Source: Octopus vulgaris (Eukaryota). Taken from it: DNA of 64,000 nucleotides. Below the pieces are notes generated by a model, which saw only the letters and a list, made by a program, of their open reading frames with translations, was not told the origin of the DNA and ran no database searches. Below, piece by piece: positions 12,087-25,564 of the stretch; positions within the stretch are counted from its first letter, which is position 1, and every line of letters starts with the position of its first letter. The translations under genes were made by a program, and so were the position numbers. The stretch is taken from assembly GCA_951406725.2 (NCBI GenBank), contig OX597814.1:205530001-205594000 (forward strand). Reading direction: 5' to 3'.

Positions 12087-12654
12087 ATAAACAGGAATAC
12101 TGATGGAATGTACTAGTGAAGACCTCAATAAAAATGTAAGCACAACAGACCTGATAGAAAGTGTGCACAGTTGTGGAAATTAGCTGCCCAGCAGATGTTA
12201 ACATAAAGTTGAGATCAGTGAAAAAGAGTGTATCTATGCTGAACTATTGAGAAATCTGCAGTTACTCTATCCAGATTACAAGCTCAGGTTTATACCTGTA
12301 ATTATTGGAGTACTGGGATATGTAACACACTACCTAAATACCAGTCTGGAGAAATTAGGCTTCTCAAAACCAGAAAGGAGAAAGCTAATTTGAAGACTAC
12401 AGATCCAATCCATCACTGGAAATGTAAAAATCTGTAAAACTTTCCAGAAGTTTTTGTTTAAATATATATGAGCATGTCTAGATATGTAATTATATGCATG
12501 AGAATACATACATGAAACATACATACATACATATATACAAGCAAAAATACCCTGTTACTGATGTTGAAATTCCAATGAAGGAATGTTGGATCCAGGTTAG
12601 AGACCGGTTCTTTCTCTATTGGCAAGAAATCTAGAAATAAAACTGAATAATGGC
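12087..12654 (+). mobile_element. R4/Dong-like RLE retrotransposon 3' end inside (TACA)n
   Basis: Relic translation KHNRPD...VVEISCPADVN...YAELLRNLQLLYPDYKLRFIPVIIGVLG...SITGNVKICKTF (PD-D/ExK restriction-like endonuclease C-terminus). Confidence 0.8.
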
Positions 12655-12664
12655 ATACATACAT

Positions 12665-12701
<37 letters not shown>

Positions 12702-12726
12702 TACATACATACATACATACATACAT

Positions 12727-12757
<31 letters not shown>

Positions 12758-13211
12758 TACATACATACATACATACATACATACATACATACATACAGGC
12801 ATACATGCATGCATACACACACATACACACATACACACATACATACATACATACATAAACATACATACACATACATACACATATGCTCTCACACACATAC
12901 ATATAAATACGTACTCACACACACACACAGATTGGTGGCTCGTCAACAGGTACCAGCACCTATCTCATTAACTGTCTATCTCTTGTAATTACTTTGATAC
13001 CACGCTTGCAATGATACATAATACATGCATACAGAAATACAATACCCACACACATACACACACACAGGCATACACATCTGTGCCCATACACACATGCACA
13101 CACACACGTCATGAACTTTCCTGTCATTGACAACAGATGAGGTTTCTACAATTTCTTACTCAACAACCTGCTCAGATGATTTGTTTCCAGAGGTCAAATG
13201 TTTGTGCTTTT

Positions 13212-13608
<397 letters not shown>

Positions 13609-14069
13609 CATCAAACTGATATTGCCTCATCCAAAAGATGAAAGGCCAAAGTCAGTCTAGGCATCATTTGAACTCAGAATGTAAAATTGGAAGTAAAATG
13701 GAAAACAAAAAAAAAACGCTGCTAAACAACTTGTGTGGAATGTTACCTATTCTGCCAGCTTGCTGCCCTACACAGGTATGGCTGTGTGCTTAGGAAGCAT
13801 GCTTCCCAACCTTGTGGCCTTCAGTTCAGTTAGAAAAATTATGATTCGTAGTAAAGATTGTTTGCCATCATAACATAGCAGTCCTGGTTTAGGGCGTATG
13901 ATGCTGTAATTTAGCCCCAGGAGACATTGTCTCCAGCTGGCTATACGACATGATCTGTGTCCTTATATTTTGGAACAAGGGAATCTAGAACCCCCACTCA
14001 GCTCAAAACAATATCTGTGTATCACAAATAGATTGAGAATGCCCAAACCAGTGACAGTACACAAAGAGC

Positions 14070-14320
14070 CCCTAAGGTACACTGAGGCTTTTAACTATCT
14101 TGGCAGTGCAGTTGACTTCTGACTTTGAGAAGCATCTATGGAACTGCGGTGACATCACCTGCAGTGCAAAGATAAAGGTGTACAGTGCTGCTGTGCTCTC
14201 TTGCTTCTTCTATGCCATGGAATGCATGACACCTCAACTGCAGACACATGAAGGCCCTGATGTGAGTCTAATTTCGTTATTTGTGCTCAATCTGGCACAC
14301 AGATGGGATTGAAACAGTGG
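14070..14320 (+). mobile_element. RTE (BovB-like) RT fragment
   Basis: Relic FNYLGS and KHLWNCGDITCSAKIKVYSAAVLSCFFYAMEC motifs. Confidence 0.65.
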
Positions 14321-14479
14321 ACCACCTAATCTCTGGGTGTAAGGTTTTAGCACCTGTAGAGTAGAAATCAAGACATGACAGAGTTGGTCAATGTCTACAG
14401 TGGATAATGTGTCAGCATTATAAAATCTAAAATGCTGATAAATGATACAAGCACCACCCTGAGGTTGTAAGTGAGGGAG

Positions 14480-14854
14480 AAAATGTAACAATTCTTTGAG
14501 ATTTCCCAGTATGTACAGACCGAACTATCAAATCAAATAAACCAGATATTGTTGTGAAAGACCAAGACAATAAAGTCTGTTTATTGATTGATATGAACAT
14601 ACTCTGTGACCATAATATTTCAGGAAAAAGAATTTGATAAGCTCAGAAAATATAAAGATTTGCTCATTGAAATCGAAAAGATGTGGCATCTCAAGACATT
14701 TACAATACCAGTGATTGTAAGAGCACTTGGAATGATCAAAAAAGGAACTGAAAATTATTTAAGAATGATCCCTGGCTTACCATCCATGCAGGAAGTGTTA
14801 AAGATTGTCTTAATTGGTACATCACACATACTGAGAAGAGTATTATCATTGTGA
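14480..14854 (+). mobile_element. R4/Dong-like RLE endonuclease 3' fragment
   Basis: TDRTIKSNKPDIVVKD..CLLID, EFDKLRKYKDLLIEIEKMWHL..IPVIVRALG, KIVLIGTSHILRRVL. Confidence 0.88.
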
Positions 14855-15030
14855 ATTTTCTTTCCTTTTTCCCCTTTATTTTCTTTGTTTACTTTTTTAT
14901 TTTCTATTTTTTCACTTTTCTCTTTGTCTTGCTTCCCTTTTTTCTCTATCACATGACTTTGTAAATGAACAATCTGGTATGTTTATTTTAATGGTCTGCC
15001 ATTTTATACAGTGCATTTATCTGCCCTAGG

Positions 15031-16150
15031 TGTCAGGAATACAGCAAGAAATGGAAGCAGAATTGAAAGTAGATATAGACTCCTATGTAGGTAATAAGGA
15101 AAAACGTTTATTAAGGGCTGCTGGAGTCACAGCAAGACAGGGAAGCCAAAAAAACCAAACGCAATTAAAAACCAGAAAAAAGAACAAAAGTTATCTGACT
15201 GGCGGGAGAAGGCATTGCATGGTAGATTTCCAAAGATAGTTGCAGCAAATAGTAGTAGTGAGACATGGTTATGTTTGCTTAAAGGATGGCTATATAGAGA
15301 GACAGAAAGTTTGTTAGTAGCAGCACAAGATCAAGCATTAGTGACTAATTGTATATAAGCCAAGATAGACCAAAACAAAGTAGATTTCCAATGTAGGTTA
15401 TGCAAATCAAAAGAGGAAAGTGTTACTCATACAGTAAGTGAATGTAGCATGCTGGCACAGAAAGAATACGAGAAAAGACATGACAAATTAGGGAGAGTAA
15501 TCCACTGGGAGTTATGTAGAAAGCTAGCTTTTCGCCATATTGATAAATGGTATGAAAATAAACCTAGTAAAGTACTAGAAAATAAGAAATATAAGATGAG
15601 AGATTTTAACATTCAGACTGACAGAGTAATTAATAGAAGCTAGAATGCTTGATTTAGTAGTAGTAGAGAAAGAGAGTAGAAAGTACCAGATAATTGACTT
15701 TACAGTCCCAAATGATGAGAAATCAATATGAGAGGTATAGGGAAAATAACAAAGTACCAGGACCTAACCATTGAATTACAGAGGCTATGGCAGGTAAAAT
15801 GTATCCCAGTAGTTATAGGTGTACTAGGAACTATCCTAAAGATTTGAACAGATAGATAGAGGAAATAGGCATAAAACCCAGTTTAGTACAGCTCCAGAAA
15901 GCAGTGTTATTAGGAACAGCTAGAATACTTTGGAGGGGGTCTTGACATCTAAGGTTACTTGTGGCCCAATGTTAGGATTTTTCTTTTCCAACAGTAGCCA
16001 GGAGAATCAGGAAAGTATTAGATATTTGAAAAGAACAGATAGCATGGTACCATTGGCTGCAGGCGTCAAGCTCATTATGTATGCAAGACTTGAGGAGTTC
16101 CAACAAAACCTGAGATTAAAAAAAAAAAAAAATAATAATAATAATAATAA
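15031..16150 (+). mobile_element. R4/Dong-like retrotransposon, 5'-truncated (CCHC finger plus RLE), ending at (AAT)n
   Basis: KALHGRF, ETESLLVAAQDQAL, CRLCKSKEESVTHTVSEC, RHDKLGRVIHWELC, IIDFTVP, KYQDL, IPVVIGVLG, LQKAVLLGTARIL; many stops. Confidence 0.9.
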
Positions 16151-16259
16151 TAAACCAATCTATTAAAGGCACAAGGCCTGAAATTTGGAAGAGAGGGGAC
16201 TAGTTGATTACATCAACCTCAGCGTTTCACTGGTACTTAATTTATCGACCCCAAAAAAT

Positions 16260-16460
16260 ACCCTGCAGAGCTTCTACTGAAGGTTTGCCTCTTAGGGACA
16301 GGAAAGATTATCAAAAGGGTTTTAAGCACTTGAAAGACTATTTAAAGCTTGTGGATACCTAAGGTTACAAGCAATAACTTGCTACCCACATAAATTCTAC
16401 CAGGAGTAAGATTGAACCTGAGTCAAATCAATCAATCAATAATAATAATAATAATAATAA
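16260..16460 (+). mobile_element. R4/Dong-like 3' end fragment
   Basis: ELLLKVCLLGTGKIIKRVLST* followed by UTR and (AAT)n. Confidence 0.65.
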
Positions 16461-16964
16461 TTATAAGGAATAAGATTGAACTTGAGCCAAACCAAAATAA
16501 TAATAACAATAATAATGAAAAACCTTGGTAATTCTCAAATCATATCTAAACTGTCACTTAATTTATATTTTTTACCATTTAATCAAGGAGGGAAGAACAA
16601 TGCCTGAGACCCTTTATTTTTTTTGGATCAAAATTAGTGACAATTGAAGGTAGTTATCCTCAACCTAGTAAACTGGCCTAAATTATTTGAAACAGAGCAA
16701 ACTGCCAAAAGTACCCGAGGGGCAGATGAAGTATAATTGGTTGATAGATTAAACCCACCACACAAGAACTTAGAAAATAGTGTTGGAACAAATACCACAG
16801 GTATCCCATTTGATGCCTTGACAATTTCTGCCAACCCGTTGTTTTGGAGTGGTTCTTTATGTTATTGATACCAAGGAGGATGAAAGATAAAGTTGGCTTC
16901 ACAACGGACTGAGACAAGTGATAAGATGCTAGAGATTCTGTGCTAGAGAAGAGCAGTGTAACGC

Positions 16965-17420
16965 ATGCTTCTTCTTTCTTTATGCCTTTAACCCTCCAAT
17001 GCGGAGTATGGGCCACTTATAGTTGAATTCCATGTCGCATAATTTTTCGCTTCTGTACTTATACTCTGCCATGAATGTCCCCCTTTCTCTAGTTCCTTTT
17101 GTGTTGATCTCCGCCACGAGTTCTTAGGCCTGCCTTTCTTTCTATATCCATCCGGTTTCCACTGTAAAGAACTTTTCGCTACATTTGCTGTGTCTTTTCT
17201 AATTGTGCTTCAACAATTGTGCTTCCACCAATCCACTTCCACTTTTTCTTAAATATTTGCTCCCTAATTGAAACTTCATTTGTTCTTTGCCATAGCTCCA
17301 TATTGCTTTATGTGTTGGGGCCATCTAATTTTAAGTATACTACGCAAGCATCTGTTGATGAATGGTTGTATTTGCTTATTTGACTTATTTGACTTAACTG
17401 TTGTTCGCCATGTCTCTTAA
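16965..17420 (-). mobile_element. RTE LINE 3' end (second family) with (GAA)n-like tail
   Basis: Minus strand encodes KWKWIG, TIRKDTANVAKSSLQWKPDGYRKKGRPKNSWRR. Confidence 0.85.
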
Positions 17421-17544
17421 CTTACAAGGATGGAAAAAAAAAAAACTAAATTAAAATGATGACAACAACACAGATGATGACAATATAAACATGTTTCACC
17501 AGGGAAACATAAACTTCACTGTATTTGTCAAAGTGGTCAGGGAG

Positions 17545-18590
17545 ATAGCACAGCTCAGTATGTAGAACAGGTGTTGGGAGAGACTGCATACATTGTATCC
17601 AGTACAAGCTATGGACACATAAGAGGTGCAGCAGTATCACTGATAGACTAACAAAGAAAGTAGCCTTTATGAGTGGAAGATGTGCAGCTACATTAAACAC
17701 AAGGAATGTACAAAAAACAGGCTCCCTCAAATGTCAGTGGGGACCCTTAGAAGTAGTCGACAGTTTCGGTTAATTAGGTGACCTAGTTAGCAGTGGTGGA
17801 GGTTGTTCTAGCTGCTAGAATAAGAATAGGCTGGGTAAAGTTAAGAGAGCTATTTCCTCCGTTAGTAATGAAGTACCTCTCCCTTAGAGTGAAAGGCAGA
17901 TTGTATGATTCCTGTGTATGAACAGCTATGCTACATGGCAATGGAACATGGGTTGTGACTGCTGAGAACATGTGAAGGTTTGAAAGAAATGAAGCCACTA
18001 TGCTTCACTGGATGGGTTATGTCAGTGTGGATATACAACAGAGTCTAAGTGATTTGAGAGAAAGACTGGGTATACAAGGCATCAGATGTAGTGTACAAGA
18101 GAGAAGACTGCATTGATATGGTCATGTATTGTGTATGAATGAAAACAGTTGCATCAAAAGGTGCCAATCTCTAATTGTGGAGGAAGCACGTGGAAGGGGT
18201 AGACCCAGGAAGACATGGGACAAAGTGGTGAGAAAGGATCTTCAGATGTTGGACCTCACAGAGGGGATGACAAGGGACCAAGACTCCTGGCAGTTTGCTG
18301 TGCTTGAGAAGACGCATCAAACTAAATATGTGGTCGTCCTTGCATAGATGCCTGCCCCCTGCATCCCCCTTCAGCTGATCATTTCTAATCTTGCAGGCTC
18401 ATGGGTACCATGTAAAAAGCACCCATGCAGATGCTATGTAAAGGCACCCAGTACACTCTGTAAAGTGGTTTGCATCAGGAAGGGAATTCAGCCATAAAAA
18501 CTATACCAAAACAGACACGGAGCCTGGACAGCTCCTGTCAAACTGTCCAACCCATACTAGCATGGAAAACACATCAAATGACGATGATGT
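17545..18590 (+). mobile_element. RTE LINE, 5'-truncated and decayed
   Basis: Cys-rich insert (CRTGVGRDCIHC..WTHKRC), LEVVDSF..LGD, ARIRIGW.K, VKGRLYDSCV, RGRGRPRKTWDKVV, AVLEKT, then 3' tail. Confidence 0.9.
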
Positions 18591-18870
18591 TTGTGTTGGC
18601 AATGGAGGTCATCCTGAAGGCAGCATTGGGATGGTCAGCTCCAATAAAACTTTGAGAGGGATTGCAGATGCCACCTCTAAAAGCCTTCATTGGACAACAC
18701 TACAATCCTTTCTACATGCAGGATGATAAAAGAGTTGGATGAAGTAGTTGCATCTTCTAGAATGTGGTTCAAGCCAACGAAATACCAGATCCTCTCTCAA
18801 GGGAAATAGTCATGTTCCCTGTAGCCAACCAAAATATTCTTACTGCCAATAAGAGAATCTCTAAGGAGAT
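18586..18870 (+). mobile_element. Hero/R2-like RT fragment
   Basis: MFVLAMEVILKAA, QMPPLKAF(I/M)D, SRMWFKP motifs. Confidence 0.6.
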
Positions 18871-19814
18871 GTAGAACTTTGTATACACAATTAAGCACAA
18901 AAATTTAGCATCCTTTAAAAAAGGACAGAAACATAATAGTTAAGTTAGTGTCAACATATTCAATGTAGTAAGTAACAAGATACCTAATTAGAAGCACTTG
19001 TATGTAAGAAGAAGATAGAATAAGATGAATGACCAGGTAACGTTGTGGGACTATTGTGAAGCACAACAATATGGCTGTAGTATTAAGGTGTCAACTTCAA
19101 GCCAAGGGATGATAAAGATGATGTTAAGGATTATAAGATAAAATGTGATTGCATAAATAGGTAAACCTCTTTGAATAAACAGTTTGATGAGATCAGATGT
19201 TTTTTTCCATTTAATCTCATTTGATTAAGATCTCAAATACTAATTTGTGTGGGACATGTTTAATGATACACACAATTCTCAATCAATAATGTCTAACTAA
19301 AGGAGGCTGGAAAATTAAAAGATAATGAATATGTTTAATTGATAGCACAATAATCTAAAAAAATTGATATTCTTAGCCATGAGAAGAAATGTCATCGCAA
19401 ATAGCACCTTTAATAACAACAAAGGAAAAAGCATGTTTGAACAGAGAATAAATGAACATATTTAAAATCGAGACCCAAAAGATATTCTATGGTTTCGTTT
19501 ATAGCTTAAAGAATTACTTCTTGATGAGGTTAACGACTAACTATAGTAGTTCATGGCTTACTTTTTGATGATGGTAACCTTTTGCGGCAAGCACACCAGG
19601 CGAGCACACCAGGCGAAATGCGTAGCTGTATTTTGTCTGCCATTACGTTCTGAGTTCAAATTCTGCCAAGGTCAACTTTGCCTTTCATCCTTTCGGGGTC
19701 GATAAATTAAGGACCAGTTACACACTGGTGTCGATATAATCTACTTAATCCGTCTGTCTGTCCTTGTTTGTCCTCTCTGAGTTTAGCCCCTTTCTTCAGG
19801 TTTACATTTGTTTG

Positions 19815-20060
19815 GGGGTTAGGGTATTGCACTCACGACTACTAGAACATGGTTGGTATGCTGTGTTCTTGAGCAAAACTCTTCAATTCATGTTGTTCCA
19901 GTTCACTCTGCTGTAAATGGGGTAACCCTGCTATGGAATAGATCAGGGGGAATGATGACCTGCTCCCCAGGCCAGTGGGGGTGGCATCATTCGAAAGCTA
20001 AAACAATGTGAAGTACACTGTGACTAGCAATGTATGATGACATGTGATAGTCTGGTTGAT
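19815..20060 (+). mobile_element. decayed tRNA-SINE (third family)
   Basis: GGTTAGGGTATTGCACTCACGA...TGTGTTCTTGAGCAAAAC head and core; related heads at 47985-48150 and 59143-59400. Confidence 0.55.
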
Positions 20061-20312
20061 ACTGTAGTACCGTGATATTGGTATTATGAAAGTTGCTAGA
20101 ATAATGATGAAGTATTTGGATAAAAAAACATACTACACTACGTGGTTTAACATCACCACTGCCATCAACCCCACCACCATCACTGTCATAAAGACCCCCT
20201 TCGGTCAGCCTCCTGGCTTGCCAGTCCTCAGTCAAACCATCCAACCCATGTCAGCTTGGAAAGCAGACGTTAAACAATGATGATTACGATGACGATGATG
20301 ATGATAATGATG

Positions 20313-20349
<37 letters not shown>

Positions 20350-20545
20350 TATATACACACACCACACACACACACACATATATATAATAATTACCAAATA
20401 TATACGTTTAATTTATTATTTTGCACATTACTTAATCATCGTTATATGTTTTATCTTATATTTAATCTTTCTATAATATGCAATTTTCTGGATGGTATAA
20501 TTTAATTTTTCATTATTGAATTGATAAAAGGTGGGTTTTTTTCTA

Positions 20546-20597
<52 letters not shown>

Positions 20598-21633
20598 TAG
20601 CACACAAACATATATGTATATATACATACACAGAGGAAGGGGAGAGAGAGAGAGATGGGGGACACTGCTTGATTGATTTGTAGGCAGATAGATGCAGATT
20701 GATAGACTATGACTGAAGAAGCTGAACAACTCTATTATATAAGAATACCTTATATACTTCCACTGTCGGACAGTTCCCTCTGTGTGGCCAGACACCCACC
20801 ATCACCAGACCTCCTCCTTCTCAACCAGCTACTCTAGCTCCTCCTCCTCTTTCCATTTTTGTTCACATATATTTCTCTTTTCCTAATTGTTCCCTGCACT
20901 TTGACTCCCAACTCACAGCAAAATGAAACTACAAATTAAACTAGACTTTACATGTGGCACTGTTCAACAACAAAGCCAATAATAGGCTTTGCCTTGTTTT
21001 CTGTCTTTTCTGTGTGTGTGTATGTGCGTGTGTGTGTGTTTACTGCACCCCACTCAGTCCACCCCACTCAGACCACCCCCACTCAGTCCTCCGCTGATTG
21101 CTTGTGCTGCTGGAATCTACCCACTTGATCTATGTCGAATGCAATAAATTATTAGCATTGTTGAAATTAGTACATTTCCAGGACAGTCATTACAAATAAA
21201 TAAATAAGTAAATGAATATATAAAAAAAACACCCCAAAATAGTCTGTGCAATTTTTAGCTGAGAAAATTACTAATTTTAGATGTCTGAGAACTTTAGGCA
21301 AATGATGTATCAGAACTGAGTTTTTTTTCAATTGCTGCTTCAAAGTATTTTCCCTTTTTTTTTTTAATTGTCCTTAATTAGAGGGTTAGTCAAACGCACT
21401 GTTAAAACATATATGTCAATCAGCAGCTAACGTAACTGACTGATCTTGCACTGTCTGGTAGCATAAGAGACAAATGTATCTGTTCATATGATTTAAATCT
21501 GCAACAGAGACTTGTTGTTTTGTGGTATCTGAGGAGTTGATATGATTAATTAACTACCTAACCCTCCCAAAGTACGACAATATCTGTGGCAACACATAAT
21601 TTCACATCATTAAATAAATACGAAAATATTATA

Positions 21634-21669
<36 letters not shown>

Positions 21670-21729
21670 GCGATGACGATGATGACAATAATGACAACGA
21701 GTGAAAAAAATCCCCATCTGACCCACAAA

Positions 21730-22255
21730 TAGTTAAGAAGGAAGGTGAAAAAATAGACATTTACAATCCTCTTAAATATGAAATAGTCCGACTATAGAAA
21801 ATGAAAGAGTGAAAATAGTACCAACTACTGTTGGGGCTTTGGGAACAGTATCGAAAGATGGTGAGAGGAATAGAGTATCTGGCAGAGCTGTTGCATGGTG
21901 CAGCAGGCTGCAGGTAGAAAATCTGCTATGTGTGCAACACTCCAGAGTTCCAATAAAACCTCATTTTAAAAATAAAAAAAATAATAATAATAATGATAAT
22001 CATAATGAAAATAATAATTTAAGGTGGAGTACTTGTGTAGACTGAGACTGATCCTTAAGTCGAAATTAACCGAACAGAATAAGATTGAAGCTATCAACAC
22101 CTGTGCTGTTTCACTCCTTAGATATGGAGTAGGGGTGCTCTTAAAAGTGCTCTTAAACACTATTACCAAATATCAGGAAACTGCAAGGCATCAGAGCTAT
22201 AAAAAATTGTTCTCATGGGTACTGCCCACATCCTAAGAAAAAAACTGCCAACTTG
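21730..22255 (+). mobile_element. R4/Dong-like fragments among (GAT)n/(AAT)n repeats
   Basis: KEGEKIDIY.PLKYEI..VKIVP..VGALG; EYLCRLRLILKSKL...NKIEAINT.AVSLLRYG; KIVLMGTAHILRK. Confidence 0.7.
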
Positions 22256-22361
22256 AAAACACTTGATTCTCAGATTCTGGCCTTCTTCACATGTTCTATG
22301 TCATTGCTAATCATAAATAACACCTGAAGTAAAACGTCTGACAAGTGCCAGTTACACTTCT

Positions 22362-22771
22362 GTGAGCTGGCAGAAATGTTAGCATGTGGGGCGAAATACT
22401 TAGCGGTATTTCATCTGCCGTTACGTTCTGAGTTCAAATTCTGCCGAGGTCGACTTTGCCTTTCATCTGTTTGGGGTCGATAAATTAAGTACCAGTTACG
22501 CACTGGGGTCGATATAATCAACTTAATCCATTTGTCTGTACTTGTTTGTCCCCTCTATGTTTAGCCCCTTGTGGGCAATAAAGAAATAGGTATTTTGTCT
22601 GCCGTTACATTCTGAGTTCAAATTCCACCGAGGTCGACTTTGCCTTTCATCCTTTCGGGGTCGATTAAATAAGTACCAGTTACGCACTGGGGTCGATATA
22701 ATCGACTTAATCCATTTGTCTGTCCTTGTTTGTCCCCTCTGTGTGTAGCCCCTTGAGGGTAGTAAAGAAAT
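22362..22771 (+). mobile_element. Meta-like tRNA-SINE with partial tandem duplication and 15-bp TSD
   Basis: Unit 1 at 22362-22588, 5'-truncated unit 2 at 22589-22771. AAGTGCCAGTTACAC at 22343-22357 and 22772-22786. Confidence 0.88.
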
Positions 22772-22789
22772 AAGTGCCAGTTACACAAC

Positions 22790-23342
22790 ACTGGCATCAG
22801 CTGTGACTATGATTTTACTTGGCTTGATGGGTCTTCTTCTCAAGCATGACATATCACTAAAGGTCAACTGAGGTCCAACATTTGAAGATCATACTCCATC
22901 ACCCCATCCCGTGTCTTCCTAGATCTGCCTCTTCCACAGGTTCCTTCCACTGTTAGAGATCAGCTTTTTTCACACAGCTGTCCTCATCCATATGCATCAC
23001 ATGACCATACCAGCACAGCCATCTCTCTTGCACACCACATCTGATGCCTCTTATGCCCAACTTTTCTCTGAAGATGCTTACACTCTGTCATACATGCACA
23101 CTGATATTGCACATCCAGCAAAGCATACTAGCTTCATTTCTTTCAAGCCTATGCATGTCCTCAGTGGTCACAGCTGATGTTTCACTGCCATGTAGCATGG
23201 CTATTCACACACAGACATTGTAAAATCTGTCTTTCACGTTGATGGAGAAGCCCTTTGTCATCAACAAAAGTAGGAGCTCTCTGAACTTTGCCCAGCTTAT
23301 TCTTATTCTAGCAGCTATGCTCTCAGAGCATCCACATCTGCT
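22790..23342 (-). mobile_element. RTE LINE 3' fragment
   Basis: SESIAARIRISWAKFRELL..VKDRFYNVCV, GIRCGVQERWLCWYGH. Confidence 0.88.
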
Positions 23343-23354
23343 ACGGACTTGGTC

Positions 23355-24029
23355 GGAGAAAGTTGTCATGGCGACCTGCTCAGAGGCCAATGCAAAGTTG
23401 CAGAAAGTGTATGAGCCACGCACAAGTGTACGAGTGGGTCAGACGTTTCCAAGATGGTTGAAAATATGTTGATACTGACGAATGTTCTCAAAGACCTGCA
23501 ATCAGCAGAACTGAGAAAAATATCATGTGCGTGCAGTTGTGAGGGGAAATCATCGAATCACCATCCATGGGTTATCAGAAGATGTGCAGATTAGTTACGG
23601 TTCAGGTCAGTCCATTATCACTGAAGATTTGGGCATGAGATACGTGTCTGCCAAGTTTGTGCCAAAACTTCTTTCAGCTGACCAAAAAGACATTCGGGTT
23701 TCAGTTGCATAAAATCTCCTTGATTGTGTTGAGAACGATGATAACTTTTTGAAAATTTTGCGTAGGCCTCTGAGCAGGTATTGCCAACTTTTTGGCAAAA
23801 CTGATGCAGATTCTCTGCTCAACTTTCTCTGTCATGGTCAATGTGACGATCACACGCTACACACCTTCCTTCAAAGCACTGCTGTAAACAGTGGAAGCAA
23901 GTTAGGATGTTAAAACTTAGTGTGCATGCACGATAGAGTTCAAGGTCAATTTGTGCCAATCGGATTTACTCTGTGCTTTAGCTTTGTTACTATAGCGACT
24001 GTCCGGATACTTATTAATCAGACCATGTG
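23355..24029 (+). mobile_element. mariner deletion derivative (N-terminal HTH plus inverted 5' end)
   Basis: QVYEWVRRFQDG, RITIHGLSEDVQISYGS.QSIITEDLGMRYVSAKFVPKLLS. 23757-23830 is an inverted copy of the ORF start. Ends in TIR-like CCGGATACTTATTAATCAGACCATGT. Confidence 0.8.
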
Positions 24030-24257
24030 TTTATGCGTCTGTGTTTGTCCCCTGCCCACCATTGCTTGACTACCGTTGTTGGTGTGTTTACTCCCCCATA
24101 ACTTAGCAGTTTGGCAAAAGGCACTGATAGAATTAGTACTAGGCTTACAAAGAATAAGTCCCGGGGTCAGTTTGTCTGACTAAAGGCAGTGCTCCAGCAT
24201 GGCCACAGTCAAATGACTGAAACAAGGGAAAGAATAAAAGAATGTGTGTACGTATGT

Positions 24258-24338
24258 GCACATACATACACATGCACACACACACACACACACATACACA
24301 CACACACATGCACACACACACACATACACACACACACA

Positions 24339-24369
<31 letters not shown>

Positions 24370-24451
24370 GCACACACACACACACACACACACATGCACA
24401 CACACACACACACACACACACATGCACACACACACACACACACACACACAT

Positions 24452-24522
<71 letters not shown>
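24258..24522. repeat. (CA)n compound microsatellite
   Basis: (CA)n punctuated by CATG. Similar compound tracts at 25050-25385 and 33285-33770. Confidence 0.97.
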
Positions 24523-24524
<2 letters not shown>

Positions 24525-25217
24525 AAATATTTACCCTTTAATTTATTAACCAAGTGCTCTGTTTGCTGACAGTCACTTAGCTTCATTACAGACCCTTGCA
24601 ATTGTCAAAAGCATTTCTAAGTAAATATATCTTGCGGTCAGATATTCTTCTGGTGATAAGATCTTTCATTGACAGTTTACTTTATTAATGCTTATTACTT
24701 CCTGTGAATATTTACTCACAACATGTGTCTGATACAGAATTACACATATGTACATATCAACTTCATTGTTGTTGTCATCGCTGTCACCGTCGCGATCGTT
24801 ATCGTTGTCATTGTTTTAACATTCTCTTTTGCATGTGTGCCTCTGTCAGATGGAATTTGTTGAGGTAGATTTTCCATGGCTGAACACCATTCCCCACTTC
24901 CCCGTGAATCCTTGTCTGTTTCCAAATTGAGGAAATGATTCCTTTTGGCCAGACATGTTTTCACAGAAGACTGGGAGCGAATAACATCACTTATATGATG
25001 GTGAATCCTCTTATGACTATCAGGCGATGTCAGCACAAGGAAACACAAACGCATACATGCACTCACACACACAATAGCACATACACATGCAGACACATAC
25101 ACACACACATACTCACACACACACATACACACACACACACAAGCACATACATGCACACACACACACACACACAAGTACATACATGCGCACACACACACAC
25201 ACAAGAACATACATGCT

Positions 25218-25250
<33 letters not shown>

Positions 25251-25564
25251 ACACACAAGCACATACATGCATACACACACACACACGCACATACATGCGC
25301 ACACACACACACACACACACAAGCACATACACAAGCACACACACACACACACACACAAGCACATACATGCGCACACTCATACACAAATGCATGTATTATA
25401 TATATGTATATATATAAAGACATGCTTTCTTAAGATTCCATCCATCAAATCCACTAACGAGGCATTGGACACTTGCCCAAAGTGTCGCACAGAGGACTGA
25501 ATTTGAAACCATGTAGATCAGAAGTGAATTTCTTATCTACACAGCCATGCTTGTACCTGTAGCC

